DNA of 32,000 nucleotides, from assembly GCA_050749285.1 (NCBI GenBank), contig JBOGQX010000014.1:126397-158396 (forward strand), given 5' to 3'. How positions within the stretch are numbered: position 1 is the first letter of the stretch; each line of letters starts with the position of its first letter. A model generated the notes under the pieces. That model searched no databases. It was not told where the DNA came from and saw only the letters and a list, made by a program, of their open reading frames with translations. Source of the DNA: Nitrosotalea sp. (GTDB lineage: Archaea > Thermoproteota > Nitrososphaeria > Nitrososphaerales > Nitrosopumilaceae). The translations under genes were made by a program, and so were the position numbers. Positions 1-8,195 of this stretch are shown one piece after another.

Positions 1-630
1 AAAAAACAAGAGATTCAAGATTATATGGCAGAGATTAAAATGCTGTTTAAGATTAATACACAGATACGAGATTTTGATATCATCAGTGAAAAGTTGGAAA
101 GACATGGTACTTCAAAATATTCTGAGCTAGTAAATTACCTGAAGAACAAACGAGAAATTGAGCTAAAACAGGCACATCGATTGGCTAATAAACTAAAAAA
201 TAAACCATTGCCAAAAATAAAGAAAAAAGACATTGTTGAGCCAAAATTGAATAAAAGATTTCAGAAAGTTTTTACTAAATTAATTATCGAAATACAGCAA
301 AACATACCTGTGGTTATTAACGATGAGAAAAAAATCGAGGAACTTCATAAATTGAGAAAAGATTTCAAAAAACTTCGATATTCGATCGAGTTAACATCAG
401 ATAAGATCACTTCCACATCGGTAAAAAGTCTTAAAAAAATTCAAGATTCATTAGGTGAAGTCCATGATTGTGATATCATGTTGGATTATCTAAGAGAAGT
501 TAAGGGTCCTAATGAATTGTCAGAGGTCATAAGGAATGAAATCTTGGAAAGACGAGAAAAATATCAAAAATTTGTTCAGTCAATTCATGATGAAGAATCT
601 AATCCTGAAGATTTGATTTTACAATTCTAA
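1..630 (+). CDS. CHAD-domain protein, C-terminal part. The frame is open to base 1, so the true 5' end is probably outside the window.
   Basis: ORF track 25..630, with the same frame free of stops back to base 1. The protein is helical and K/E-rich. The block LHKLRKDFKKLRYSIEL matches the H..R...K.LRY..E signature I associate with CHAD domains. It lies tail-to-tail with ppx, with a 12-nt overlap. Confidence 0.6.
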   Translation, partial: KKQEIQDYMAEIKMLFKINTQIRDFDIISEKLERHGTSKYSELVNYLKNKREIELKQAHRLANKLKNKPLPKIKKKDIVEPKLNKRFQKVFTKLIIEIQQNIPVVINDEKKIEELHKLRKDFKKLRYSIELTSDKITSTSVKSLKKIQDSLGEVHDCDIMLDYLREVKGPNELSEVIRNEILERREKYQKFVQSIHDEESNPEDLILQF

Positions 631-2130
631 CACAGAACTCTGAACGCTCTGTTCATCAGGACGTAACATGCAAATTACATGTATATCAAAGGCGGTTCCG
701 AATTTATTGAGAGCATTTCTTAACAGCAATTTTGGAAGTAACTTTGATTGAATGATGTTAAGTTCCACTATTCCTTCTGTAAATCTCTTTAATTCAATCT
801 TTGATCTTGTTATGTCAAGGACTCCTAATAATGTAATAAGGGATGAAATTTTTTTGATTGTTGTCTTGTCCTGTTGTGATAAAATTGATCTATATCTTGA
901 AAATAACCAATCTGATGTTTTGATATGTCTAGTGTGAACTAGAGATAATCCTAAGACAAGCTGATCAGCATGACTGAGTGACATATCCTCATCCATAATT
1001 GAATAGAACAAGCTCTGAGGATTGTTATATGATAATTTCTCTAAAATCTTCTTTTCAGCAAATGAAAGAATTTGATATTCACGTTTATTAATTAATTTCG
1101 AAGAGATCAGAGAATTGATGAAACCCTTTGAATTCTGAAATATCTGGGAAGGTTTTTCAATCCCAATTGTTTCTCGAATTTGTTCAGCAGTGATATTTTT
1201 TGCATGATATACTTTTGGATTTTCAAGGAATATGGAAAGCGCTCCTTCTCTGAGTCCATGATTACTTATCCAAAGATTGTCAAAACCAAACTTTTCCATA
1301 ATTGTATTTATGACACAAGATCCTGCGACCATCGTTTCAGCTCTACCGGAACCTATTACTGGTATCTTTGAAATGTCATCAGATCGCATCCTAGATAGGC
1401 ATCTAGATATGTTACTGACAGATTTTGAAGTTATTTTATAATTGTGAATTTCATCTAGTGGATATTTTGTAATTTTATGATCATATCTTGCCAATGCACG
1501 TAGTGCACCACCAACGCCAACGAATTTTGTATCATTACCAAGATCAAGTTCTCTCTTGTCAGGTAACATATCCCAAACATATCGTCTCATATTCTTGTAA
1601 CTCTTCTGAGTAAACGTACCATCTTTAGCATCAAATTGCTGGGTTAATCTCAGGGCACCTAGCGGTAACGATATGACTTTTTTTATCTTGAATCTCTCTG
1701 CATGCACAATTTCTATACTACCTCCCCCTATGTCGAAAAACAGAGCATCTGGAACTTGAAGGGACTTTATTGCACCCACATACGAATACAAGGCTTCTTC
1801 TCTTTCAGTTAAGACTTTGAATCGAAATCCCATCTCTTTGTAAACCTCATCAAGAAATTCATCCTTATTTTCTGCTTCTCGTACAGCACTTGTGGCTAGT
1901 GGTAAAACAGATTTTATCGGTTCTAGCTGAATAATTTCTTTGAATAGCTTTAGTGTCTCAATAGCACGTAGCATTGGCTTTTTTCCTAGGACACCTTTTT
2001 CATCCATGTCCTCACCAAGTCTAACTTTCACCCCTTCTTGCCTGTAAACATCGAATGAATCATCATCTTTTACGTTGTAGGTTACTAATTTGGCTGAGTT
2101 GTATCCTAGATCAATTACTGAGATTTTCAA
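619..2130 (-). CDS. ppx: Exopolyphosphatase, Ppx/GppA family
   Basis: 503 aa. It carries actin-like ATPase fold motifs (ISVIDLGYNSAKL, FFDIGGGSIEIV, FVGVGGALRALAR) followed by a long helical C-terminal domain, which is the typical Ppx/GppA architecture. Confidence 0.88.
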   Translation of the reverse strand: MKISVIDLGYNSAKLVTYNVKDDDSFDVYRQEGVKVRLGEDMDEKGVLGKKPMLRAIETLKLFKEIIQLEPIKSVLPLATSAVREAENKDEFLDEVYKEMGFRFKVLTEREEALYSYVGAIKSLQVPDALFFDIGGGSIEIVHAERFKIKKVISLPLGALRLTQQFDAKDGTFTQKSYKNMRRYVWDMLPDKRELDLGNDTKFVGVGGALRALARYDHKITKYPLDEIHNYKITSKSVSNISRCLSRMRSDDISKIPVIGSGRAETMVAGSCVINTIMEKFGFDNLWISNHGLREGALSIFLENPKVYHAKNITAEQIRETIGIEKPSQIFQNSKGFINSLISSKLINKREYQILSFAEKKILEKLSYNNPQSLFYSIMDEDMSLSHADQLVLGLSLVHTRHIKTSDWLFSRYRSILSQQDKTTIKKISSLITLLGVLDITRSKIELKRFTEGIVELNIIQSKLLPKLLLRNALNKFGTAFDIHVICMLRPDEQSVQSSVLEL

Positions 2131-2222
2131 CTAACATTACCTCGATTCGGTATCAACATATCACTATTAATCTAGATTGGATTTACATTTTTTTACTAAA
2201 TGAAAAATATGGGGAACATAGA

Positions 2223-2720
2223 TCATTTTGCTATTCTCTTTAGGTGTTTTGGAGTAAGCAACCACCTCAGCTCACCTTGAATCTTTGGCAGAAACGATAT
2301 TGTTCTTATTCTAACTAATCCTGCCTTTTTCAAGTCAATTCTAGAGCTTCCACCCGATATTGCTTCCCCTACTAATTCGCTCAGATAGGGCTCATGACCC
2401 ACAATAAGTATGGAGGAATCTTGTTTTAAAGTAGAGAGTTTTTTATAAAGTTGTAATTTATTCCCTTCAGGTTTTAATTCGTCCAATTCACTCATTGGAT
2501 TTTTGCATTTTATATTATTGAAAATAATTTCCGCAGTCTGCTTAGAACGTAATAAGGGACTTGTAAAAATATAATCAAGTTCTATTCCGAGGGCCAAAAG
2601 TCCCTTTGCGATTTCTCCGACTTCCTCTTTTCCATCTACTGTTAAAGGTCTTTTCGAATCATCCCTAAATGTCGCAGAACGTCTGCCGGCATCACCATGT
2701 CGCAAGATAAACAAATCCAT
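2223..2720 (-). CDS. sixA: SixA-like histidine phosphatase (phosphohistidine phosphatase family)
   Basis: 165 aa. It has an N-terminal RHG motif (FILRHGDAGRR) and a downstream catalytic His block (LIVGHEPYLSEL). Size and layout fit SixA. It is co-directional with ppx and lies 92 nt upstream of it. Confidence 0.78.
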   Translation of the reverse strand: MDLFILRHGDAGRRSATFRDDSKRPLTVDGKEEVGEIAKGLLALGIELDYIFTSPLLRSKQTAEIIFNNIKCKNPMSELDELKPEGNKLQLYKKLSTLKQDSSILIVGHEPYLSELVGEAISGGSSRIDLKKAGLVRIRTISFLPKIQGELRWLLTPKHLKRIAK

Positions 2721-3009
2721 TAGGAACTATCTCTTTTCCATCTATTCAGGGAACTTCTAAGTTCTTCGGTTTTCCAAACCATATACAACAGTATGATTTA
2801 GGTGGATATGAGATATACGACCATAATTTCTTATCCTTCATATTATTATGAATAATATATAGATCATAGTCATAATTTCCTAAAGATAGAGACTTTACGT
2901 TATTAACCATGGTTCTGAGAAAGAAATCCAAATTAGAAAGAAAAATGGAAAACCTAAAAGTGGATATAGGGATTCAGTATATCGGGCTGGAGATGTGAAT
3001 CAAAGCAAA

Positions 3010-3681
3010 ATGGATGGCAAGCTAATTGTTGTGGAGGGCATCGATGGCTCAGGAAAGTCAACTCAGATTCATCTTTTAGAAAAATGGCTTGCATACAAGG
3101 GTATCAACGTCTTTAAATCAGAATGGAATTCCTCTGAAACTGTTAAGCAAATTACTTCCAAGGGAAAGAAAAAAGGGTTACTCACACCAACAACATTTAG
3201 TCTCTTACATGCCACTGATTTTGCAGACAGATATGAAAGAAATATTTTGCCTTTGCTTCGTGCTGGATATTTTGTCTTGGCTGATAGGTATGTCTTTACT
3301 GCCTTTGCAAGAGATGTTGTAAGAGGTTGTAATCCAGAATGGGTAAGAAAGGTTTATGATTTTGCCATAAAACCTGATCTAGCTTTCTATTTCAAGGTTC
3401 CAGTGGACATTGCGGTTGATAGAATACTTGTAGGTAGACCTAAGCTAAAGTATTACGAGGCTGGGATGGATTTGAATTTGAGTAACGATCCCTATGAAAG
3501 TTATAGAATTTTCCAAGGAAGAATAATTGAACAATATGACACGATGGCCGAGTCTGAGGGCTTTACGGTAATAGATGGCACATTAAGCATAGAAGAACAA
3601 CAAAAAATTGTTAGAAAACAAATCATGTCGCTTCTCCCACATAAAACATCAGTTAAAAAAATTAAAAAGGCATTAGCATGA
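3010..3681 (+). CDS. Thymidylate-kinase-like P-loop kinase, paralogue A (canonical P-loop)
   Basis: P-loop is LIVVEGIDGSGKSTQ and the DRY block is VLADRYVFTAFARDVVRG. The ORF track starts at GTG 2995. I prefer ATG 3010 (MDGKLIVVEG), which gives the usual short N-terminus. The stop overlaps the next start as ATGA at 3678-3681. Confidence 0.8.
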   Translation: MDGKLIVVEGIDGSGKSTQIHLLEKWLAYKGINVFKSEWNSSETVKQITSKGKKKGLLTPTTFSLLHATDFADRYERNILPLLRAGYFVLADRYVFTAFARDVVRGCNPEWVRKVYDFAIKPDLAFYFKVPVDIAVDRILVGRPKLKYYEAGMDLNLSNDPYESYRIFQGRIIEQYDTMAESEGFTVIDGTLSIEEQQKIVRKQIMSLLPHKTSVKKIKKALA

Positions 3682-4403
3682 AACAAAAATTAAATAATCA
3701 CAGTTCTAGAAAGGTGGAATTTTACGGTCATGGCATTGCACACTTGCAAGATGCAGAAGTAAAAGGTCGCCTTATCGTAATTGAAGGACCTGATGCATCT
3801 GGCCGAAGTACCCAAATTGAATTAATTACCGCAAAGCTGGAGGCAAATGGTCATGCTGTTCTAAATACCGGTCTTAAGAGATCTGAATTGGTAAGTCAAG
3901 GAATCTTGGAGGCAAAAAGAGATTACATTGGAAGAAAAACTCTAGCTTTGTATTATGCCGCAGACTTTGCTGATCAGTTTGAATACAAGATTATGCCAGC
4001 ACTTCAAGCAGGTTATGTTGTACTCGCAGACAGGTACATTTACACACTCATTGCACGAAATGTGGTGCGAGGACTAGACAGAAGCTGGTCTCATAACTTG
4101 TATGGCTTTGCCATAAAGCCAGATCTGGTCTTTTACATAGATGTTGAACCATCTGTTCTCGTACACAGGGTTTTTCAAAAGAATTCCTTCTTGGATTACT
4201 ACGAATCAGGAACAGATCTTGGTCTTTCAGACGATATGTACGAGTCATTTTTAATTTATCAAAACAAAATTTCAAAAGAATTTCATGCCATGCAAAAGCG
4301 GTATAACCTGATACCTATTGATGGAAATAGAACCATTCCTGAAATTAACAGGGATTTGCAGGGAAGAATAGACAGATTCCTAAACATGACGATGCATGCT
4401 TAA
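3678..4403 (+). CDS. Thymidylate-kinase-like P-loop kinase, paralogue B (P-loop Lys replaced by Arg, ~30-aa N-terminal extension)
   Basis: P-loop is LIVIEGPDASGRSTQ and the DRY block is VLADRYIYTLIARNVVRG. It is colinear with paralogue A throughout (AADFADQ / ATDFADR, AIKPDLVFY / AIKPDLAFY, DYYESGTDLGLSDD / KYYEAGMDLNLSND). Confidence 0.75.
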   Translation: MKQKLNNHSSRKVEFYGHGIAHLQDAEVKGRLIVIEGPDASGRSTQIELITAKLEANGHAVLNTGLKRSELVSQGILEAKRDYIGRKTLALYYAADFADQFEYKIMPALQAGYVVLADRYIYTLIARNVVRGLDRSWSHNLYGFAIKPDLVFYIDVEPSVLVHRVFQKNSFLDYYESGTDLGLSDDMYESFLIYQNKISKEFHAMQKRYNLIPIDGNRTIPEINRDLQGRIDRFLNMTMHA

Positions 4404-4542
4404 CCATCTTAGAACTAGATTATAGAAAATAATTTTTCCCTCTTTATTTTTAAATCAAGTTTGCAATATTCATGTTCACAAGCATTCTATCTTCATATCG
4501 ATCAGGATCATCTTTTTAGACTATGCGCATATAACAAAAATT

Positions 4543-4932
4543 ATGTATTCAGCTACCAAATCTGTTAGACTGAACAAACTTTGCAAATCAATACTAGATT
4601 GTAATGATAACATTCGTTCTGTGGAGATAATAGGAAAATCTGGAACTACACTTGAAAAAATTGGTTCCGATGAGACTATTACATTAAACAAAGAATCTCA
4701 CAATGTGCGTTTTAATGAATGCCTTCTCGACATTGCACTTGGAAAAGAATTTGAAGAATTTTATGGACCAATCCGATACCACTTCTCAAAAGACAAATCC
4801 GTGATGTTTAGTTTTCCATTTGACGAAAATTTTGTCTTTGTGGCAGCTACAAAAAATATTGGTCCAATATGGCTGGCAACAAAAATTGCTCGTATTATTA
4901 ATAAATATACGGCTGTTATCAAAAACACATAG
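4543..4932 (+). CDS. Uncharacterised 129-aa protein, paralogue of 5562..5957. Possibly a roadblock/LC7-like small alpha/beta domain, which is a weak guess.
   Basis: It aligns by eye with the 131-aa ORF on the opposite strand: LCK.I......I..V.I....G; ..EC.L......KE....FG; ....SF......F...A.TK; KIA..I.NY. Confidence 0.5.
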   Translation: MYSATKSVRLNKLCKSILDCNDNIRSVEIIGKSGTTLEKIGSDETITLNKESHNVRFNECLLDIALGKEFEEFYGPIRYHFSKDKSVMFSFPFDENFVFVAATKNIGPIWLATKIARIINKYTAVIKNT

Positions 4933-5014
4933 AAGATTTTAGTATCTCAAAATATACACATTACAGTTTACAATTTTATTGTACTTACAAAAATTTGATT
5001 TTACATTTGTTTTG

Positions 5015-5149
5015 TTATTTTGTAGGATTGACAAATTTTATGTAAAGATCACTCGTTGTCCATTTTGCTGCAGGTAGACCTAAAAAAGGCTGTTGATAGT
5101 ATTTACCTTTAAAATCATTTTCTATTGTTTGTTTCTTTTTTACTTTCAT
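5015..5149 (-). CDS. Possible unannotated 44-codon ORF coupled to the upstream RAM-domain gene
   Basis: My own translation gives MKVKKKQTIENDFKGKYYQQPFLGLPAAKWTTSDLYIKFVNPTK. Its ATG overlaps the TAA stop of 5149..5397 (TAATG). It is too short for the supplied track, and there is no homology evidence. Confidence 0.2.
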   Translation of the reverse strand: MKVKKKQTIENDFKGKYYQQPFLGLPAAKWTTSDLYIKFVNPTK

Positions 5150-5397
5150 TATACAACAGCACACATAGATTTTCTCATGCACATTAAAGTAGTAACAGAT
5201 TCAATGTAGTCAGTAAAGATTTTCCATCGTATTACTTTTCTTAAAGATTCATAATCAATTGCTTCTACTTTAGCCAAGACATCAAATTCTCCAATGGTTC
5301 TGTGTATATTTTTAACCTCATTGATTTTTTCAAGATGTTCAATGACTCGGTCTTCCAAACCCGACCTACATTTTATGATAACGTGAGCAGTAGCCAT
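5149..5397 (-). CDS. Stand-alone Lrp/AsnC-type ligand-binding (RAM) domain protein with no HTH
   Basis: 82 aa. The sequence AHVIIKCRSGLEDRVIEHLEKINEVKNIHRTIGEFDVLAKVEA has the beta-alpha-beta-beta-alpha-beta pattern of AsnC/RAM domains (G.fD....v). Confidence 0.6.
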   Translation of the reverse strand: MATAHVIIKCRSGLEDRVIEHLEKINEVKNIHRTIGEFDVLAKVEAIDYESLRKVIRWKIFTDYIESVTTLMCMRKSMCAVV

Positions 5398-5561
5398 CTC
5401 ATGAGGGTACCTATTTCACCAATCTCTTGCATGATTTGGATCTAACATTGTTTATTTGAAAGGATTAGCCTAATGATTTACTTAGGACTACAAGACTTCA
5501 TAGGGTTCATAAAATTAGTTCTAAACTTGCGACTTTGTAGTTTCAATTATTAGAGTAATCA

Positions 5562-5957
5562 TTAGTTTGCTAGTCCAACATAGTTGAAAATTACTGCAGC
5601 TATTTTTTGTTGAAGTACTGTTGGGTTATTCACTGGTTTTGTTATGGCAAGCAGAAAATAATCATCAATTTGAAATGAAAAGGCAAGAATCTTTTCTCTT
5701 TGTATTATCGAACCTTTGACTTTGCCAAATTCATCATCATATTCTTTATGCATTGACGCCTGAAGTACACATTCCATGAAGAGCATTTCCCGCTTGTGTG
5801 CTGTAAGATCTCTATTTACCCCATCATCACGCGCTATCATATCTTCAACTCGACCTTTTTGATTTAAGATAGCAACTAGATCCATGTGGTCATCAATGCA
5901 AGAAATTTGTTTACAAATTAGATCTAGGGGCAGCCTGCGCTCAAGGGCTACTGTCAT
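5562..5957 (-). CDS. Uncharacterised 131-aa protein, paralogue of 4543..4932
   Basis: See 4543..4932. The conserved blocks are shared and the lengths are nearly equal. Confidence 0.5.
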   Translation of the reverse strand: MTVALERRLPLDLICKQISCIDDHMDLVAILNQKGRVEDMIARDDGVNRDLTAHKREMLFMECVLQASMHKEYDDEFGKVKGSIIQREKILAFSFQIDDYFLLAITKPVNNPTVLQQKIAAVIFNYVGLAN

Positions 5958-6094
5958 GGTATTAGGATTGTTTTTGGCGATGAAAAGGGTTCACCGTATA
6001 GAATGCTGCTATCTACGGCAATTACATAGTTCTATGAAATATACTAAAAACCATAGTGTATGCTTAGATAATTACAATGTGGAGAGAAATTAGT

Positions 6095-6138
6095 GGTCTA
6101 CCGTGGTCACTTTGCCTTCTTCCCGGATCAGGTAGACC
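6095..6138. other. 8-bp inverted repeat (GGTCTACC ... GGTAGACC) with a 28-nt GC-enriched spacer inside a 462-nt divergent intergenic region
   Basis: Read directly: GGTCTACC at 6095-6102 and GGTAGACC at 6131-6138. The surrounding sequence is visibly richer in G/C than the flanks. Confidence 0.3.
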
Positions 6139-6419
6139 TACTCCCCGCTTAATCACTAACTGTTTTATTTGGCCTTCAGGTGACTACAAAAGTCGAAAAT
6201 ATTGGATAATTGCAAAAACTGTGGGCATTCAAAAGAAGACCATAAGGGTACAGCTACGATATGTATGAAGCAAGTTGGAAATGAATCTGATCGTCTTTGT
6301 AACTGTAACTGGTTTGATGATGGCGAAATTCATGTACTGCCGATTAGGCGAGACTAGGTTTACAGTAAAATAATTTGCCTAATGATGGTTTTTTAAACAA
6401 GTAAAGTGAGATCTCGCTG

Positions 6420-6917
6420 ATGAATGGTCTTTTAATTGGAAGGTTTCAACCATTTCACAAAGGTCATCTCTCAGCTATAAGTTTTGGATTATCAAAAGTT
6501 GAGAATCTCTGGATAGGAATTGGAAGCTCTAACAAAAGCAACGAAAAGAAGAATCCTTTCACAGCAGATGAACGAAAAGAGATGATTGTGTCTTCATTAG
6601 ATTCAGAATCATTGGAGAGAATCAAGATCTTTTATGTTCCAGACATTGGTGATCATGAAAAATGGACCTATCACGTGGATTCTATCGTACCAAAGTATGG
6701 TGCGGTCTTTTCTAATGACGATTTTACTATATCACTTTACAAAAAAAGAGGGATGGATGTAATTGAGGTTCCCCTCTTTCAAAGAGATATGATCTCAGGC
6801 ACAAGAATTCGTGAATTATTGGTAACGGATCAGGATTGGTCAAGTCTTGTTCCTGAGGGCACCAAAAAGGTCTTGTTGAAGATAAATGCAAAAGATCGGC
6901 TATCAAAAATTATGTAA
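6420..6917 (+). CDS. nadM: Nicotinamide-nucleotide adenylyltransferase, archaeal type
   Basis: 165 aa. The N-terminal GRFQPFHKGH is the (H/T)xGH nucleotidyltransferase motif, and a C-terminal ISGTRIR motif is present. Size is typical of archaeal NMNAT. Confidence 0.85.
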   Translation: MNGLLIGRFQPFHKGHLSAISFGLSKVENLWIGIGSSNKSNEKKNPFTADERKEMIVSSLDSESLERIKIFYVPDIGDHEKWTYHVDSIVPKYGAVFSNDDFTISLYKKRGMDVIEVPLFQRDMISGTRIRELLVTDQDWSSLVPEGTKKVLLKINAKDRLSKIM

Positions 6918-6974
6918 TTATAAATAATGGGTGCTTTTCGTAAAGAATGGAGAATTTATTTGGAATATTTAGTA

Positions 6975-8102
6975 ATGCTGCCCGGACCAACAAATGTTCC
7001 GGAAAGAGTAACACGCGCAATGTTTACTCATATGATAAATCACAGAAGCAAAGATTTCGTAAAATTATACACCGATGTTGTTGAAAAAACTCAAAAAGTT
7101 TTTGATACAAAGGGTGACGTGGTAGCACTAAGCGCATCAGGTACGGGGGCAGTAGAAGCATCTGTTGTAAACATGATAAAAAAAGGTGACAAGGTAATAA
7201 TTCCAGTTAACGGGGAATTTAGTTCAAGACTTGCAACTATGTTAGAGTGGCAGGGAGCAAATGTGATACGACTTGCTACACCGTTTGGTCAAAACGCAAG
7301 CTTTGAACAAGTAAAGGAAGCATTTGACAACAATAAAGATGTAAAAGCATTCTATGTAGTGTGGAATGAGACCTCGACTGGTACCATGGTAAGATACCTC
7401 GATAAGGTCTCCAGCTTGACTTCTAGAAACGATTCCTTCTTTGTAGTTGATGGCGTCTCTATTCTTGGCGGAGAAGAATTCCATATGGACAAGTGGGGTG
7501 TTGATGTATGTGTTACAGGCGCACAAAAAGCACTTGCTGCACCACCCGGCATCTCTCCAATTGCTGTTAGTCCAAAGGCGAAAAAGTACATGATGGAAAA
7601 TCCCCCACCTACTTTCTACTTTAACATGGCAAGATACTTCAAGTATTATGATGAGAACAAAGAAACTCCATTTACTCCAGCACTGCCACTGTTGTATGCA
7701 TACAGAGAAGCACTTGATATTATTCTAGAGGAAGGAATGGAAAATAGAGTAAAAAGACATAGAATTTGCTCTGAGGCACTATACAGCGGCCTTAGTGCAA
7801 TAGGTCTAACACCATTTGCAAAAGAAGATGCACGTTCTACTGTTGTCATTGCACTAAACTATCTACAAGGACTTGATGACAAAACATTTCGAGGTACACT
7901 CTCTGAAAAGTTCCGGGTTCTAGTAGCTGGTGGATTTGGAGAATTGAAAGGCAAGGTATTTCGAGTTGGTTGCATGGGAGAGGTTCACAAATATCATGTC
8001 ATGAGAACAATTTCAGCAATCCACTCAACACTTGACATGATGGGATACAAGACAAATCCTGAAGCACTCAAAGTAGCTGAAGAGAAACTCAAAGCACTTT
8101 AG
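6975..8102 (+). CDS. Class V PLP-dependent aminotransferase (serine-glyoxylate / alanine-glyoxylate / serine-pyruvate type)
   Basis: N-terminus is MLPGPTNVPERV, with a SASGTGAVEA block and the PLP-lysine context TGAQKALAAPPG. The ORF track starts at 6927. Met at 6975 gives the canonical N-terminus, so the start is uncertain. Confidence 0.8.
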   Translation: MLPGPTNVPERVTRAMFTHMINHRSKDFVKLYTDVVEKTQKVFDTKGDVVALSASGTGAVEASVVNMIKKGDKVIIPVNGEFSSRLATMLEWQGANVIRLATPFGQNASFEQVKEAFDNNKDVKAFYVVWNETSTGTMVRYLDKVSSLTSRNDSFFVVDGVSILGGEEFHMDKWGVDVCVTGAQKALAAPPGISPIAVSPKAKKYMMENPPPTFYFNMARYFKYYDENKETPFTPALPLLYAYREALDIILEEGMENRVKRHRICSEALYSGLSAIGLTPFAKEDARSTVVIALNYLQGLDDKTFRGTLSEKFRVLVAGGFGELKGKVFRVGCMGEVHKYHVMRTISAIHSTLDMMGYKTNPEALKVAEEKLKAL

Positions 8103-8195
8103 TTTCATGTTAACTTAATCTAACATCCTAAAAAATGCGTTTTAACAGGGCAAGCCATTGGGGTGGCTACAAAACCCCTACAACAATTTTTTATT

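Noticed and set aside
2751-2764. 6-2-6 palindrome GAACTT-CT-AAGTTC in the sixA / kinase-pair divergent region
   Set aside because: Six-bp arms are expected several times by chance in a window of this size. It is kept only as a possible site to test alongside the PhoU/Lrp regulators.
2746-2931. 61-aa minus-strand ORF in the sixA / kinase-pair intergenic region
   Set aside because: It has no motif and a low-complexity, AT-driven composition. It occupies what is more plausibly the divergent promoter region.
6095-6140. SRP RNA helix-8-like sequence on the minus strand (TCCGGGAAGAAGGCAAAG versus the conserved CCGGAAGG.AGCA)
   Set aside because: The resemblance is partial, with the conserved AGCA replaced by GGCA and no clean GNRA-closed helix. 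The flanking ~300 nt are AT-rich with no Alu-domain-like structure.
5071-6141. Shared 11-mer CAGGTAGACCT at about 5071 and about 6130
   Set aside because: Dozens of identical 11-mer pairs are expected by chance in 32 kb counted on both strands.
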